Below, piece after piece: positions 41,043-53,395 of a DNA stretch of 64,000 bases (positions are counted from its first letter, which is position 1; each line of letters starts with the position of its first letter). The position numbers were made by a program, and so were the translations under genes. The notes beneath the pieces were generated by a model, which saw only the letters and a program-made list of their open reading frames with translations, had not been told where the DNA came from and did not search any database. The stretch comes from the human T2T-CHM13v2.0 reference genome, Homo sapiens: assembly GCF_009914755.1 (NCBI RefSeq), contig NC_060939.1, one strand, 5' to 3'.

Positions 41043-41544
41043 TGTGATGGTGAATACTGAATGTCAGCTTGATTGGATTGAAGGATACAAAGTATTGATC
41101 CTGGGTGTGTCTGTGAGAGTGTTGCCAAAGGAGATTTGAGTCAGTGGGCTGGGAAAGGCAGACCCACCCTTAATCTGGGTGGGCACCATCTAATCAGCTG
41201 CCAGTGCAACTAGAATATAAGCAGGCAGAAAAATGTGAAAACAGAGACTGGCCTGGCCTCCCAGCCTACATCTTTCTCCCATGCTGGTTGCCTCCTGCCC
41301 TTGAACATCGGACTCCGAGTTCTTCAGTTGAGGAACTCGGACTGGCTCTCCTTGCTCCTCAGCCTGCAGATGGCCTATTGTGGGACCTTGTGATTGTGTG
41401 AGATAATACTTAATAAACTCATATATATTAACCACCAGATGCCAAGCAGAGCTCTACCTCAAGGCTATGATAATACTCAAATATGAATATATATATATTC
41501 CTATTCCATTAGTTCCATCTCTCTAGATAACCCTGACTAATACG
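41043..41544 (+). mobile_element. Solo MLT2A1-like LTR (HERV-L/ERVL), sense to MCTP2
   Basis: tgtgatggtgaatactg...tgattggattgaagg...ggcagacccacccttaatctgggtgggcacc...ccctgactaatacg; perfect 5-bp TSD GATTC (41038-41042, 41545-41549). Confidence 0.93.
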
Positions 41545-41719
41545 GATTCCTTGTCTTTTACAGATCCCAAGTAGTGCAGTCTAATTCACTCTGCTTTCCA
41601 GAGATACCCTACTGAGCTTGATCCAGATTTTAGGATCTTCAATCTTAAAGAAAAGACTCCAGAGGTCGTGTAGCAACTTAATGCAGCTGATGTTTGACTA
41701 CCACCTTCTTCAGGCTTGC

Positions 41720-42010
41720 TCCTTCTCCCGATCCTCCCTCTTTCCTCCTCTCTCTTCCCTCTTCTCCATCCCCTTCCCACAAGCAGTGATGGTTTCGAGT
41801 ATCTAGTACACTGCTAGATATTGAAATGCAGGAATGAATTTTCATACTGAGCACTCGTAAGTCTATCAACCCTCCTCCCCTATTTTCCACTCACCCTTCC
41901 TTTCCCCCTCCCTTTCCCCCTCCCTCCCTCTCTCTCTCTCTCCTTCCTCCTCACCCCATTTATCCCCTCTACTCTGCCTCTCTCCAGAAGCCCTCCTCAC
42001 CTCCTTAGTT
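41720..42010. repeat. C/T-rich polypyrimidine low-complexity region
   Basis: cccttcctttccccctccctttccccctccctccctctctc runs. Confidence 0.75.
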
Positions 42011-42488
42011 TCCCTACTTTATTCCCCCAAGTTTCTTCTATCATCCTCCCTTATATTTGAAAACAAGCATATCATAAGAAAAAATGTGCTCTTTGGGAAT
42101 TAAATTAGGTCATAAGCATGGAAATATTTTAAAAACATGGAATGGGTTACAAGTATGGGTAGGAATTACTGCTATCTGATATAACTATTGGTGGGTGATG
42201 GTATTCTTCAAATTCAGAGAAAGGCCTCGCTAAAACACACACACACACTCATGTGCTATTTCATTGCAAACTGTTTTTGTGGACCTGGACTTGTTGAGAA
42301 CCTGTTCAATGACAGGGTGGAAATGCAAAGCTTGGTATTGTGTGCTGTGGTTGGTGTTCAGGAGTCAATCATTTCCAGGGCTACTTAATGTCTATTTAAC
42401 CACCAGATGCCAAGCAGAGTTCTCCCTCAAGGCTATGATGATACTCTTCATGCTTGACCTAATAAATTCAGTTCATGTCAAAAATAGA

Positions 42489-42591
42489 TGGCTTATGCCT
42501 ATAGTTCCAGCACTTTCAGAGACAGAGGCGGAGTTTGAGTCCAGCCTGGGCAACAGAGTGAGACCCCGTCTCAAAAAAAGAAAAAAAAAAA
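42489..42591 (+). mobile_element. FLAM/Alu monomer with internal deletion
   Basis: tggcttatgcctatagttccagcacttt...ccagcctgggcaacagagtgagaccccgtctc + A-tail. Confidence 0.75.
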
Positions 42592-44516
42592 GAAGAGGTA
42601 TTTTATTTCAATGACTTAATACTTCCGGTTAATGTCATGTGTTATATAGTTATGCAGTGTAACACAGCCTCATGATTGAAGGATTGTTTTAGTATATTGC
42701 AAGCTGCAGAAAGGCAAAGGCCCAGTCTTTCATCTTTGTGCATATCCTTACTGCTTAGGATAATGTTGGGTACACAGTAGGCATCTAATCAATGCTTCTT
42801 GGAAGGGTGCTAGAACTAGTGAAAATCATCTGTTACCAGATGTTGCTTTCTTTTTATTCGTACACCTCCGTTGATCATAATAGCCTGTGGCCGCATCAGT
42901 AGCTAAAATCCAAAAACAACCTGGCAGCTTCATCATATTCTTGTCTGTTATGCATTTTTCTGGCTTTTTCTTGATCCTGCCCATCCAGGAATTGTGCTAA
43001 CTAGTAGCAAAATGGCCAAAAGGCAGCCAGGAGGAGGAAGAGAGCTGGAAAATCTCTAACTGCCATCACAGCCCCTGAATCTGAGAAGATTCTATTTTTG
43101 ATATTTTCAGAACTGAATGCCTTTTCTCCCCTTTCATTTGTTTCTGTATGTGACACCTGGATGTGCAAACATTTTGTGTGATGCAAAAACAGAAAAGAAT
43201 ATTTAGAAATAGGGGGACCTGGTGTGTGTGAAAACAGTTATAACCAATTCCTTATGTAGGTTTTGACCTGTTGAAGAACATGCTCAGCACTTAGATATCT
43301 GGCTAATTTGATATTGCTTTTTTTTTTTTTTTCTTTTTTTGCAGTCTGAGCTTTGTCATTTGTTTCTAAGCTGTCATTTTTATTAGTCTCTCTGGCTGAT
43401 CTTTTGGGGCTCCCCATCAGGTGGCATGTGCTCGCCATTGTCTGGCTGTGCTTGGCAAGCGGAGGGCCCTTTTATTGCTGTGTGATGTGGGCGTGCTTGC
43501 TGGGGTAGCCTGTAATTAGACCCACCACAGGTGACAGTTACTAGAGAGCCCAGTAATCGTTCTAGCTGCCTGATCTGATGTTTATGGAGAGAAGCCTTCT
43601 TTGTGGTCTGGTCAGGGTTTACTACAGCGTGTTGTACTTTTGCCATTTGATTTATGATTTAGAAAGGTGTGTTTTGTTACTGCTCCCTTTATCTAGGGGT
43701 TGTGTCATTGGCTTTTTAAATAACAGATGTGTTTTAGAGGGAGATTTTTATTATAAAGCCTGATCATCCCCATCTCACGTATACAAAAAAAAAGATTTTG
43801 ATATTTAATCAAAATCAGGTTCAATATGTAATCATCTAAGCCTTGCTCTTGCACAGTGTTTACTGACTGTTCTAGTCTCCCTGGGATTCTCTTATTACCT
43901 AAATCCATATTGGTTTTGGCCTTTTAAAATGACTTTTCTATTGCTTCCCAAGCTCTTTAAAATTTCTGTTTTAATTCATTGTCTGGGATGCTTCATTTTG
44001 TCAAGGAAAAAACCCAAAACAAAACAGAAATATACTTGTGGGCCCCATTGGTGTTAGGCAAGACCCAACAGCTGTTGTTTTTAATATAGGAAAGATGGAG
44101 CCACAGAATGAGGTAGGAGGGGCTTTCATGGTCAGTCTGAGGGGAAGAAGAAAGCTGCAGGCTTCAGAAAGTGATTTTCCCAAGGCCTCCTCATTTGTTT
44201 GAATAGAGGATTCTCAGTCCTACACTACTTTTACAATGCACGGCTTGTATAGTCATAAACTTTGAAATTACGGTTTTAGTTCTTGAGTACAAACTGCATA
44301 TACACAGGATCCTTGGACTCTGCTTTTTTTTTTTTTAGGTACATTTTCCCTCAGGTCTTACATTTGAGTAAAAATAGTTTGTGAGTCTGTGGAGTTGCTA
44401 TTCAGAGTGGTAACATGCCGTAGGGAGATGTAAATCTGTATTGCTACCTCGTGCTCACTTGACTGACTCTTCCGTTGGAACAGGTGAATTTTCCTCATCA
44501 AAATGTTGTGTCCATG

Positions 44517-44580
44517 GTGATGAGAGTAATGAAGATGATAACGATGATCACAATGATGACAAGGATGATGATGATGATGA
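44517..44580. repeat. Imperfect (GAT)n repeat
   Basis: gatgataacgatgatcacaatgatgacaaggatgatgatgatgatga. Confidence 0.8.
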
Positions 44581-45602
44581 ACGGTGTTTTTGTGTTTGGG
44601 AGGTGTTTAAGTTTTGACTTCTGCTCTAAAACCTTGCTCTTTATTAGGCTTTAGCGATGCTGTTAGTGAAGCCTTGTCTTACATTGTCTTCTCTTTAAGG
44701 AATAGAGTATTGCTTCTTCAGCTAAGTATGCCTTTGTTAATAGCCACATTTCTTCTGCTCTGGGTTAAGCTAGGTACATGCAATTATAAACATTTTGTGT
44801 CCCATAGCAAGAGCAGTTTTCCTTGGAAATCACCGAGACCCTCAATTTTTTTTGCAAGGAAACTTTTATAGGCTAATTCATTACCCCCATCCCCAAATTC
44901 TACTTTTCACAATAGGAAAATGCATAGTGTGTTTAGCTGTGAAAAAAAATTAGCCGACTGTGGCCTCATTAACTGCACCTCTTTCGGCAAATTTGATTTT
45001 GCATTTCATTGGCGATTTTTACATTTTTGATAATCTACATGTTTTCAAAAAATTGATTTCCTGGAAATTTAATCAAAAACAGGGTTGGGGAATAAGAGGA
45101 GGGAGAGAAAAAAGGAAAAGGAAAGAAAAATAACAAATAGCTTGGCAATCGCTTGAGTTTACTTAAAGATAGTCCTGCAGGTGGCGATAGAAACTCATAA
45201 ATGATAAAATCCTAAGGTAAATTTCTGTGGGCTACTTCTTGGGGATTTTAATTTCAGCAATTTATTTTTAATTTGATACAATCGTCTATAAGCAGAAATT
45301 ATTACATTAGTAAAAAAAATTCAAATTTTCATGTTGTGTACTTTTCTGTTTTTATAATAATTTTCTTGAATATTCTGTAGCACATTCTTCCTTATGCAGA
45401 AGAAATAAGATCCAGATTACTGCCCAGTTGGTACAGATTTCATTAGGAAAATAACCATTTTAAGGCTTCTTTTTTTTTTAATTTCATTTTTACGTTCTTT
45501 AACCTGCAGCTAAAATTTGATGCTTATGTCATTGGCTAGGTTTCACTTCTATAAAGGCCTTTGCTCTTGGGTGTGACATGGCTTGCTTAGGCATGACGCT
45601 GA

Positions 45603-45626
45603 GTGTGTGTGTGTGTGTGTGTGTGT
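45603..45626. repeat. (GT)12 microsatellite
   Basis: Perfect GT run. Confidence 0.9.
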
Positions 45627-48600
45627 TCACAGAGACATTCCTTCATATCATAGTATCAAATCTAGTTGCTTCCAGAGGCCATTTCCTCCCTTAGTTAGGT
45701 GTTTCAAGTTAGTTTTAATGTGACTAGGATCACAAATTTCTTGAAAGCTATTTTATCTAGGGATAAAAACAAAACATAAATATGTATATTTTTAACATTA
45801 GACAATACATAGTGAATATGATAACATTTTTTCAATTCTTTTAGTTATTTTGGGCATGAGGCATTGTCAAAGCAAAGTGAAAGCATTTGGAAGACAGGAG
45901 ATCTTTCTTTTCTGCTAGTTAAGGTTCAAGAGTTTTTAAATTGCTTTTTGTGACTATATATATTCATTTATGGTTTTTTAAGTTTGAATCTGAAAATGCA
46001 AACTCTAAAGGATAAAACTAATTTTCAACTTTCCTATTTTCTTGTAGTCTCATTTAGAAAACCTTTGCAGTGTACATTTTCAAGGTGGAGCTGCCTTGAT
46101 TCTAAGAAAATGTAATTATTTTGGTTTAAACACTTTAGGCTTTAGATGTTGAGTGTCATCAACAGATAACTGTGATGGTCTTGAGCAAATTATGTGAATT
46201 GCAGTCTCTGCCTTTCTTCTGAACATTTCCCTAAGTCTTATGGTAAAGTTCAAACCAGTAATGTCTTATATGCTGTACCCTTGGATCCAGAATTTTTTTT
46301 ATGATATAATAGAAGAGGCAGAAAAAGAAAGAAAAGAAACCTCTGGCCTTCTTATATTCTGTTTCAATTGTTCTTCCAATTACTCATGAGGGAGAGGAGT
46401 GGAATGCAAGTCAGACACTCTGAAAACCTATTTTGCAGCCTTCATATAAAAAATATTCAGTTCTCTGCTCTGTTAGCAGCTGACCAAAATCTAATCCGTT
46501 AAAAAATACATCGTGGTAAGCAGTTCTTGAAAATGTTTATAATAAATGGTAAAAGCCAAGCTTCCACTGTGAGATTAGCAGTTGGAACAGGACGTGTTCA
46601 TCAGGAAATAGGTTATTGCCTGACTAGTGTGTCCTGCAGAGTAACCTGCAGGATAGATGAAGATTTAAAAGCTTGCAGTGCAAGGATTTTATTTGATTTT
46701 CCCCCTTTGCTTTCTTTTGCATATTCCAGTGTTGTTTATCACTCATGGTATTTTTCCCAATGACTCTCTTATGAAGTTCATTTTACAAACAAAAAGTGTG
46801 GCATGTTTTGGGGGTTGGTTCCATTCACGCCCCATGATCATCTAATGACCTATGGGTATTAATGTTGCTAATACACTTTTTTACATTACAGACTTCGTAG
46901 CTTAAAGATAAATGTGAAAGAATATTTTCCAGAGATCTGGACCTACCACCAGCTTCCATCTTAAAGATACAGGAAGTGCTGCAGAGAATTATGGTGTCTT
47001 TCCTGCTTTTTGCTTGACTGCAGTCCAGCCTGAGAGTCAGTGGACAGTAGTGCTCATGAATAATGCCTTCTATGTGGATGATACCTACAGTAACACAGGA
47101 GTGACTAAGAGATCAAATACACTGGCTAAAAAGCCTTAGGGAAGCATTATGTGTCTGAGGTCTGATCTATTGTCTGGGAGGTCGCAGAGTGTTAATGCAC
47201 TCTGCAAAGATTACACTCCCTCTCTAATTGCTCAGACACTTCCTTAAAGGATTTAAACAGTCAGGAAAGGTGACGCTCCTTGTCAATTTTTGTCTTCTGC
47301 CTGCAGTTGAAGTTTATCTGTCTTTCCACTGAGACCACTAGATCAAGTAACCTAGACGGTGTCAAAGGCATAAACTCTGAATTAGGAGTGAAAGCAATAA
47401 GAGATGTTATTTACCGTACCGTTGTTACTTGCTCTTTAAATGCTCTGCATTCCATTTCTGGTGTTTACATAGTGAAAACGACAGCATCTCTGTGTTCCAA
47501 AGCGGGGCTTAAAAGGGTCCAAGGCTTCACTTTGACTTTTGATCAAATTTGTTTTCATAATCCTTTCGCAGTGCCATAACACCCCGTGCAGCATTCTCCT
47601 TTTAGGTTATTATTTCAGCTAAATATGTAGAAAATAGGTGAACTTTAGGATTCCCTCGGTGCGTCCCCCCAACCTCACCCCTCCCAACACACCCCCATTC
47701 TGAGATGTTTCCCCTGAATTAGGCATATGCAAGACCAACCCACATTTAGGACGTGATAACTTTGTCCAGACCATCATTGTAAACTTCAAATGATACACAG
47801 ACACATTTGAAAAAAGATCTCCTCTCTGCATTGGAGAATCCTAACTCAATCTTGTGTGTCTGGAGAGCTGATATAGCAATTTTATCAGACTCTGTATCTC
47901 TTATATTGCTTTGATTATAACTCAGTGTTTCCTAAATGACACTGAAAAGCTTAAAGAAAGGTTTTACTAGTTCTTTCCCAATGGCAGTTTAGGAAATATC
48001 GGGGAGCTGTCTGTTTGTGAAGAGCATAATGAACTCCTTAAATTCATAGTCTGTGTTGCTGCTGTAGGAAGTAGTGGGGAGTGCAAGCTTGCATTCCACC
48101 TCGAGCATTTTCTACCCACTATGCACAGTTGCATCATTGAGAAGTAAGCATTCCTCTTAGATCAGTTCAAATTGCTAATATATGTGTCCTACAGCCTGCA
48201 ATATAATATTTACGTAGCTTCCGAAAGAGACCTGCAAGGATTCCCTGTAATTCAAGATGGTAGTCTGACTGATGGGTGTAGAAGGATTTTTTTTTTTGTT
48301 TTAAAGAAATTCTTGTTTGTCCCATGAGATTTTCACACTTTTCGGCTGACGGCACTGTATTTTACTCATCCTGTATAAAGCTGTCAGTGTATTCATTATA
48401 TGTGTGTCTTGAAGACTCTGAGCAGATGACGGGAACAATTGCTGGAGGGGGAAAACACATTTGAATCAAAATCTTCAGAAGAGCATTTCTGTAGTCTCTC
48501 CTGTTCCTGCTTCTGCGTGGACTGTCCCTCGCACTTTCTCTGATTGCATGTTATCTCACACTGTTGGTAGATTACACTGAATGTTTCATCTGTATATAAA

Positions 48601-51600
48601 AATTAAAAATTCAAACAAAAATCTGGCCCACATGAAGAACAGGCCCTTTGGGCATATGGTTCATTATGCATATTCGTTTAATTACTAAAACACTTGCGAT
48701 GGCTTTAGTGCCCTTGCTTTCAACTTGCAAAGTTGGATCTCTTCTATTGCACAGAAAATATAGTGCAGAATTCTGTTATGAAGGAGGAAAAAAGAAAAGA
48801 AAAAAATAGAGCCTTTGAAGAAATTATTGGAATTCACCAAAAGGAGGTATGATTGTCAGTATGAAATAAATGGGAAAAGGGATTTCTCCCCTTCCTCGTC
48901 TTTGTCATCTCCTTCTCCCTCCCATTTCTACCACTACCCCGAAGGCTGTTTTTACTGTGGTTAGTTTATAAGTAATGTGAGACTAAGGATTTAGGTTTCA
49001 AACATGTTCCCTCTGAGCGCCTCAAGTCTCATGATGAAGCAAAGTTTTATTGTTTAGAAGGGGGCTGCTATGAAAGTGTGACTTTAATTGATTTTTCAGG
49101 GCAAACAGGTGGTGATGGTTTAGACATCTCCTGGCCTGAGTGCCACTCCTAATTTGGGTCTACACATATAATAGCTTTATTAAAATAAACAATCCCTTGG
49201 CTTTGGTTTTACCTGAACATCTGCCTCCTGGTTTTTAGAGGGCTTTTAAAAATATTTTCACTGTGTGCTTAACAGGATCTGATCCTAACATAGCTAAGAA
49301 AGACTTTATTTTCTATTTATGCCATCAAATTTTTTATTTTTATCTGATGTTAAAGACACTAAAATTTAGAAGCATCTTTAAATGGGATAATCAGTGCTTC
49401 AGTAGTTTTCTTTAGAGCACCTTCATTTACAGGATGCAACAGATTTTGAATGTAACAGGTCAAAAATTGAATTTGTAGTTGCTGGGTTTTGATTTGAACT
49501 TTTATTTTGGTGCACAAAAGATTGTTTGAGTGAGTACACGTACGTGTGTGTGTGCGCACATGTTTTAAGACCATATTTTGGATTTATTCCTGAGCGCTGG
49601 TGATGTTTCAGCATTGTAAGAAAGCTTCTTGGACTCCTCTTGATCAGAATAAATTCAAGACTCCTAACAGCATTTCTAAGGGAAAGGAGGATCCAAGCCT
49701 TGGCATCGTTCTTGTTTTTAGTGGCAAGTATGTGTGGCTCTGATACAAGCACAATTTTGCTTTTCAATTAAGCAAATAGGTAGTCTATCTGAGTAACGGG
49801 AGACCATCCAAGACATTCTTGATATGATTCCTAAAGGAATTGTACTTTGCTATAAATAGCATCACTCACTAATCACTATTGGAGGGTTCCTGAATTCGGG
49901 TACCTTAGTCGGTTTTAAACACATTGAATATGTACAGAGCTATTGCAGGCTTAATGTGAACTTACTGCAAGCCTGCTTCTTTTAGTGCCAGAAATAAAGC
50001 TGCAAGTGGAGTAACTTAATACAGCGAACTGCTTTACTCTATCACTGCACTAATGCTAATTAGATACACTTGCTTTATTACCCAGAGCATTTTTTTCTGT
50101 GTTCGTTCTGATCTAATCTTTCTATGAACATAAAGGAGTAAGTCATGAAGGAGTAAGTCGTAAGTGTTATGTTTAAGCTTTTAGTCACAATTGCAGCCTA
50201 ATGTTCATGTGAGCAAAGTCAGAGAACACTCTTAGAGAATGCTTTGTCCACTTACAGTCCAATTAGAATCCCATTGGACTTCTCCCATGGAGGGCCCCAC
50301 AGTGCCAAAAATTACGCTTCTGAAATGAGTAAGACACTTATCGATACATTTAATGGAATTTTGTTCTTGACCTCTTCATCTACCTACCTTTATGGAGAAT
50401 AAATAAATGTGTGAAGATTTTTTCTCCCTTCCTTTAATCAGAGCAGAGAATTTGCTGATGGCTTTGAAAGATGTATTTACCAAAATCAGACTTTCAACTG
50501 CTCAATTACCACCTTCTGCAAAGACGTATAATGAGAAATTTATTGTCTGATTCTAGACCTGAAATTATGATCATTCTAGGGGGAAAAAGCCAATAGTGCA
50601 GCACATTAGATGCTTTTTCTCTTTCATTTAGTTCAGTGCTTTTCTACTTTTTAAACTACTTTTTCTGCCTTTATGAGCGGTGTGGGGATTTTTATTGGGG
50701 CATAGGTGATTGTTTGACTTTTCCATTTATATGAAATCATCACAAAATGTAGAATATAGTGTGGCCAGTAGCATGATGTAAACATTAAAGGGATGGAATT
50801 TTAATAAATGCTTCACATTTAAGAGAATAAAAACTAATAAGAAGTGAATGTATGATACAGGTTAGAAGCCTTCTTTTCCCCCTGTTTAAAAATGTCCATT
50901 AATGTATTCTAAAGAGGAAAATAAAAGTCAACAAAAACTTCATGTCTAGAGCAACGGAGTCTAAAAGCCTCTAATTTATATTTAATATTAAGATAATACA
51001 TTTTATATGTACTTTCTTTAAAGTTAGAATGGATCAGCCATATTCTTCATAGAAATGTTCAGTATAGTTATACTGTGAAACTGACAGTTTGAAAATGATA
51101 TGCATTGTTTATTTAAATAGTCATAGAGGATAATAAAAGCGAGAAACATATAATCGAGATGTCTGCCTACAAAAGCACTGGGAATAAATGGCCAGATGGG
51201 GTTATACCCACACCAAACTGGAACTACTGGATGGAAATGTGTCTTTAAGAGCCAGACACCAAGTCTGATATTCCCCTAATTAACTGACCAGGTCACTTTA
51301 TGACACATAGAATTAGTCAAAGACAATGTCAAGTAAACACCAGAAATAGTACATTTCACTGCTCATGGATCTTAAGAAAACAAATGGTTAAAGAATTTTG
51401 ATTTGGTAACCTTTCTTTATATTATGGTACCGAGAGCATGACTTAGAGGTATAAGTGGAAATATGAAGGTTTTATTAGAGGGCAGGGAAGGAAAGGGAGA
51501 GTCAGGGCAGGAAAGGACATTTTGATTCTGGAGCTTCATGAAGCTGAGATTTGCCAAGGCCATTCTTCCATTATTGGTGTCTCTTTCCCTTTCTCTAAAT

Positions 51601-51733
51601 AGGACCTTGACTGGGAAGAACATGCCACCTCCTACACCCACTGATTTCTTCCGAAAGTGTAGAATTAGTTTTCTGGTCAGTCTAAATAGCCTTTCATAGT
51701 TGCCCTATGTATCTTCACCTCTTTTACATTATA

Positions 51734-53389
51734 TAGGCAGGCATCCTTTTATCAGGCTTCACTTTATTGCACTTTGCACATACTGCTTATTTTTTTTTTT
51801 TTTACAAATCGAAAATTTGTGCAAACCTGCATCTAACAAGTTTATTGGCACCATTTCTACAAAAAAGCAAGTTATCCAGAAGTTCTAGCTGAGATAATTG
51901 ATAAAGGTGGCTACACTAAACAACAGATTTTCAATGTAGAAGAAACAGTCTTCTGTTGGAAGAAGATGCCATCTAGGACTTCCATAGCTACAGAAAATGC
52001 TTTACTTTAAAGCTTCAAAGGACAGGCTGACTCTCTTGTTAGGGGTTAATGCAGCTGGTAACCTTAAATTGAAGCCAGTACTCATTTAGCATTTTAGAAA
52101 TCCTAGGGCCCTTAAGAATTCTGCTAAATGTACTCTGCCTGTGCTCTATAAATGGAACAACAAAGCTTGGATGAGAGCACATCTGTTTGCAGCATCATTT
52201 ACTGAATATTTTAAACCCACTGTTGAGATCTACTTCTCAGAAAAAAATGATTTTTTTCAAAATATCACTGCTCATCGAACATGTACCTAGCTGCTCAAGA
52301 GCTGTGATGGAGATATACAATGAGATTAATGTTGTTTTCATGCCTGCTAACATAACATCCATTCTGTAGCTGATGGATCAAGGACTAATTTCAACTTTCA
52401 GGTCTTATTAAAGAAATATATTTTGTAAAATGATAGCCGTCATTGATTGTGAATTTTTCTGATGGATCTGGACAAAATAAGAACCTTCTTGAAAGGATTC
52501 ACCATTCTAGATGCCATTAAGAACATTTGTGATTCATGGGAGGAGGTTAAAATATCAACATTAACACGAGTTTAGAAGGAGTCGATTGCAGCCTTCACAG
52601 ATGACTTGGAAGGGTGGAGTGGAAGAAGTAAGTTTAGATGTGGCAGAAATAGCAAGAATAGAATTAGAAGTAGAGCCTGAAAATGTGACTGAATTGCTAT
52701 AATCTCATGATGAAACTTGAACATATGAAGTTTCTTCTTGTGGATGAGTCAGGAAAGTGGATTCTAGAGATGGAATCTACTCCTGGTGAAGATGCTATGA
52801 ACATTGTTGAAATAACAAATGACTTAGAATATTCCATCTTGGTTGATAAAACAGTGGAAGGGTTTGAAAATGTTGACCCCAATTTTGAAAGAAGTTCTAC
52901 TATGGGTAAGATGCTGTCAAAGAGCATCACATGCTACAGAGAAATCTTTTATGAAAGCAAGAGTCAATTGATGTGATAGACTTCATTGCTGTCTTATTGT
53001 AAGAAATTGCCACAGCCACCCCAGCCTTCAGCAACCACCACCCTGATCAGTCATCAGCCATCAACATTGAGGCAAAACCCTCCACCAGCAAAAAGGTTAT
53101 GACTCACTGAAAGCTCGGATGATAGTATTTTTTTTTTTTTTTTAGCAATGAACTGTTTTTAATTAAAGTGTATTTACTTCACCTTTTTAGACATACGCTG
53201 TTGCATACTTAATGTTGCAACTTACCATTGCATATGTTGCTGTACACTGTACTAGACTGTAGCACAGTGTAAACATAATCTTTATTATGTACTGGGAAAC
53301 CCAAAAAATTGTGTGACTCACTTTATTGTGATTTTTGCTTCGTTGTGGTTGTCTGGAACCAAACTCACAAGATCTCAGATGCATGCCTG
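51734..53389 (+). mobile_element. Tigger1 (pogo/TcMar DNA transposon), internally deleted, dead transposase
   Basis: TIR-like ends taggca.../...gcatgcctg flanked by TA; remnants [45 protein letters not shown] with stops and frameshifts. Confidence 0.93.
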
Positions 53390-53395
53390 TACAAT

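Noticed and set aside
41428-42446. CRISPR-like or mobile-element interpretation of the 51-bp direct repeat
   Set aside because: Only two copies, no spacer array, TSD or terminal structure; eukaryotic context
52187-52976. Transposase-like ORFs (possible domesticated TIGD gene)
   Set aside because: Fragmented by stops and frameshifts, HTH region deleted, catalytic residues altered
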